DNA of 8,105 nucleotides from a virus (Duplodnaviria; Heunggongvirae; Uroviricota; Caudoviricetes): IMG/VR virus record IMGVR_UViG_2737471826_000003, positions 1 to 8,105 of that record; one strand, 5' to 3'. Shown piece by piece: positions 7,718 to 8,105 of this stretch (position 1 is its first letter; each line of letters starts with the position of its first letter). The notes under the pieces were generated by a model. It saw only the letters and a program-made list of their open reading frames with translations, ran no database searches and was not told where the DNA came from. The position numbers and the translations under genes were made by a program.

Positions 7718-7733
7718 GGAAGGTGCGAATAAG
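7718..7733. repeat. IS5 terminal inverted repeat (GGAAGGTGCGAATAAG), preceded by the CTAA target site at 7714-7717
   Basis: Exact match to the IS5 terminal repeat as recalled. IS5 characteristically inserts at YTAR (CTAA) and duplicates 4 bp. Confidence 0.9.
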
Positions 7734-7863
7734 CGGGGAAATTCTTCTCGGCTGACTCAGTCATTTCATTTCTTCATGTTTGAGCCGATTTTTTCTCCCG
7801 TAAATGCCTTGAATCAGCCTATTTAGACCGTTTCTTCGCCATTTAAGGCGTTATCCCCAGTTT

Positions 7864-8105
<242 letters not shown>

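Noticed and set aside
7691-7759. Possible IS5-cargo fusion ORF reading from the IS5 end into the membrane-protein gene.
   Set aside because: The frame has a stop at 7757-7759 and no ATG or GTG start between it and the TTG at 7688, so no plausible fusion start exists.

Overview
The window is mostly a co-directional, tightly overlapping Mu-type myophage baseplate and tail-fibre operon on the + strand: DNA-circulation protein (N-like), hub (P-like), spike (V-like), gp46-like, baseplate J-like, gp48-like, tail fibre and tail-fibre assembly chaperone. Hand counts of single 60-nt lines give about 55-62% GC for these genes. Downstream of the chaperone lie a convergent 3' remnant of a second chaperone gene, a 12-bp-stem hairpin, and a strongly AT-rich minus-strand gene (about 25-33% GC) for a polytopic membrane protein whose 5' end is cut by an IS5 insertion. 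The IS5 has a CTAA target site, its terminal repeat at 7718-7733, and the InsH transposase C-terminus running to the window edge. The left edge carries the first 27 codons of another AT-rich minus-strand gene. No rRNA, tRNA or CRISPR array was seen. The most interesting items are the IS5-interrupted cargo gene at the fibre-distal end (candidate lysogenic-conversion or exclusion function, possibly GtrC-like) and vestiges of a DNA-invertase tail-fibre switch. All family assignments rest on motifs recognised by eye and recalled knowledge; no database search was run.
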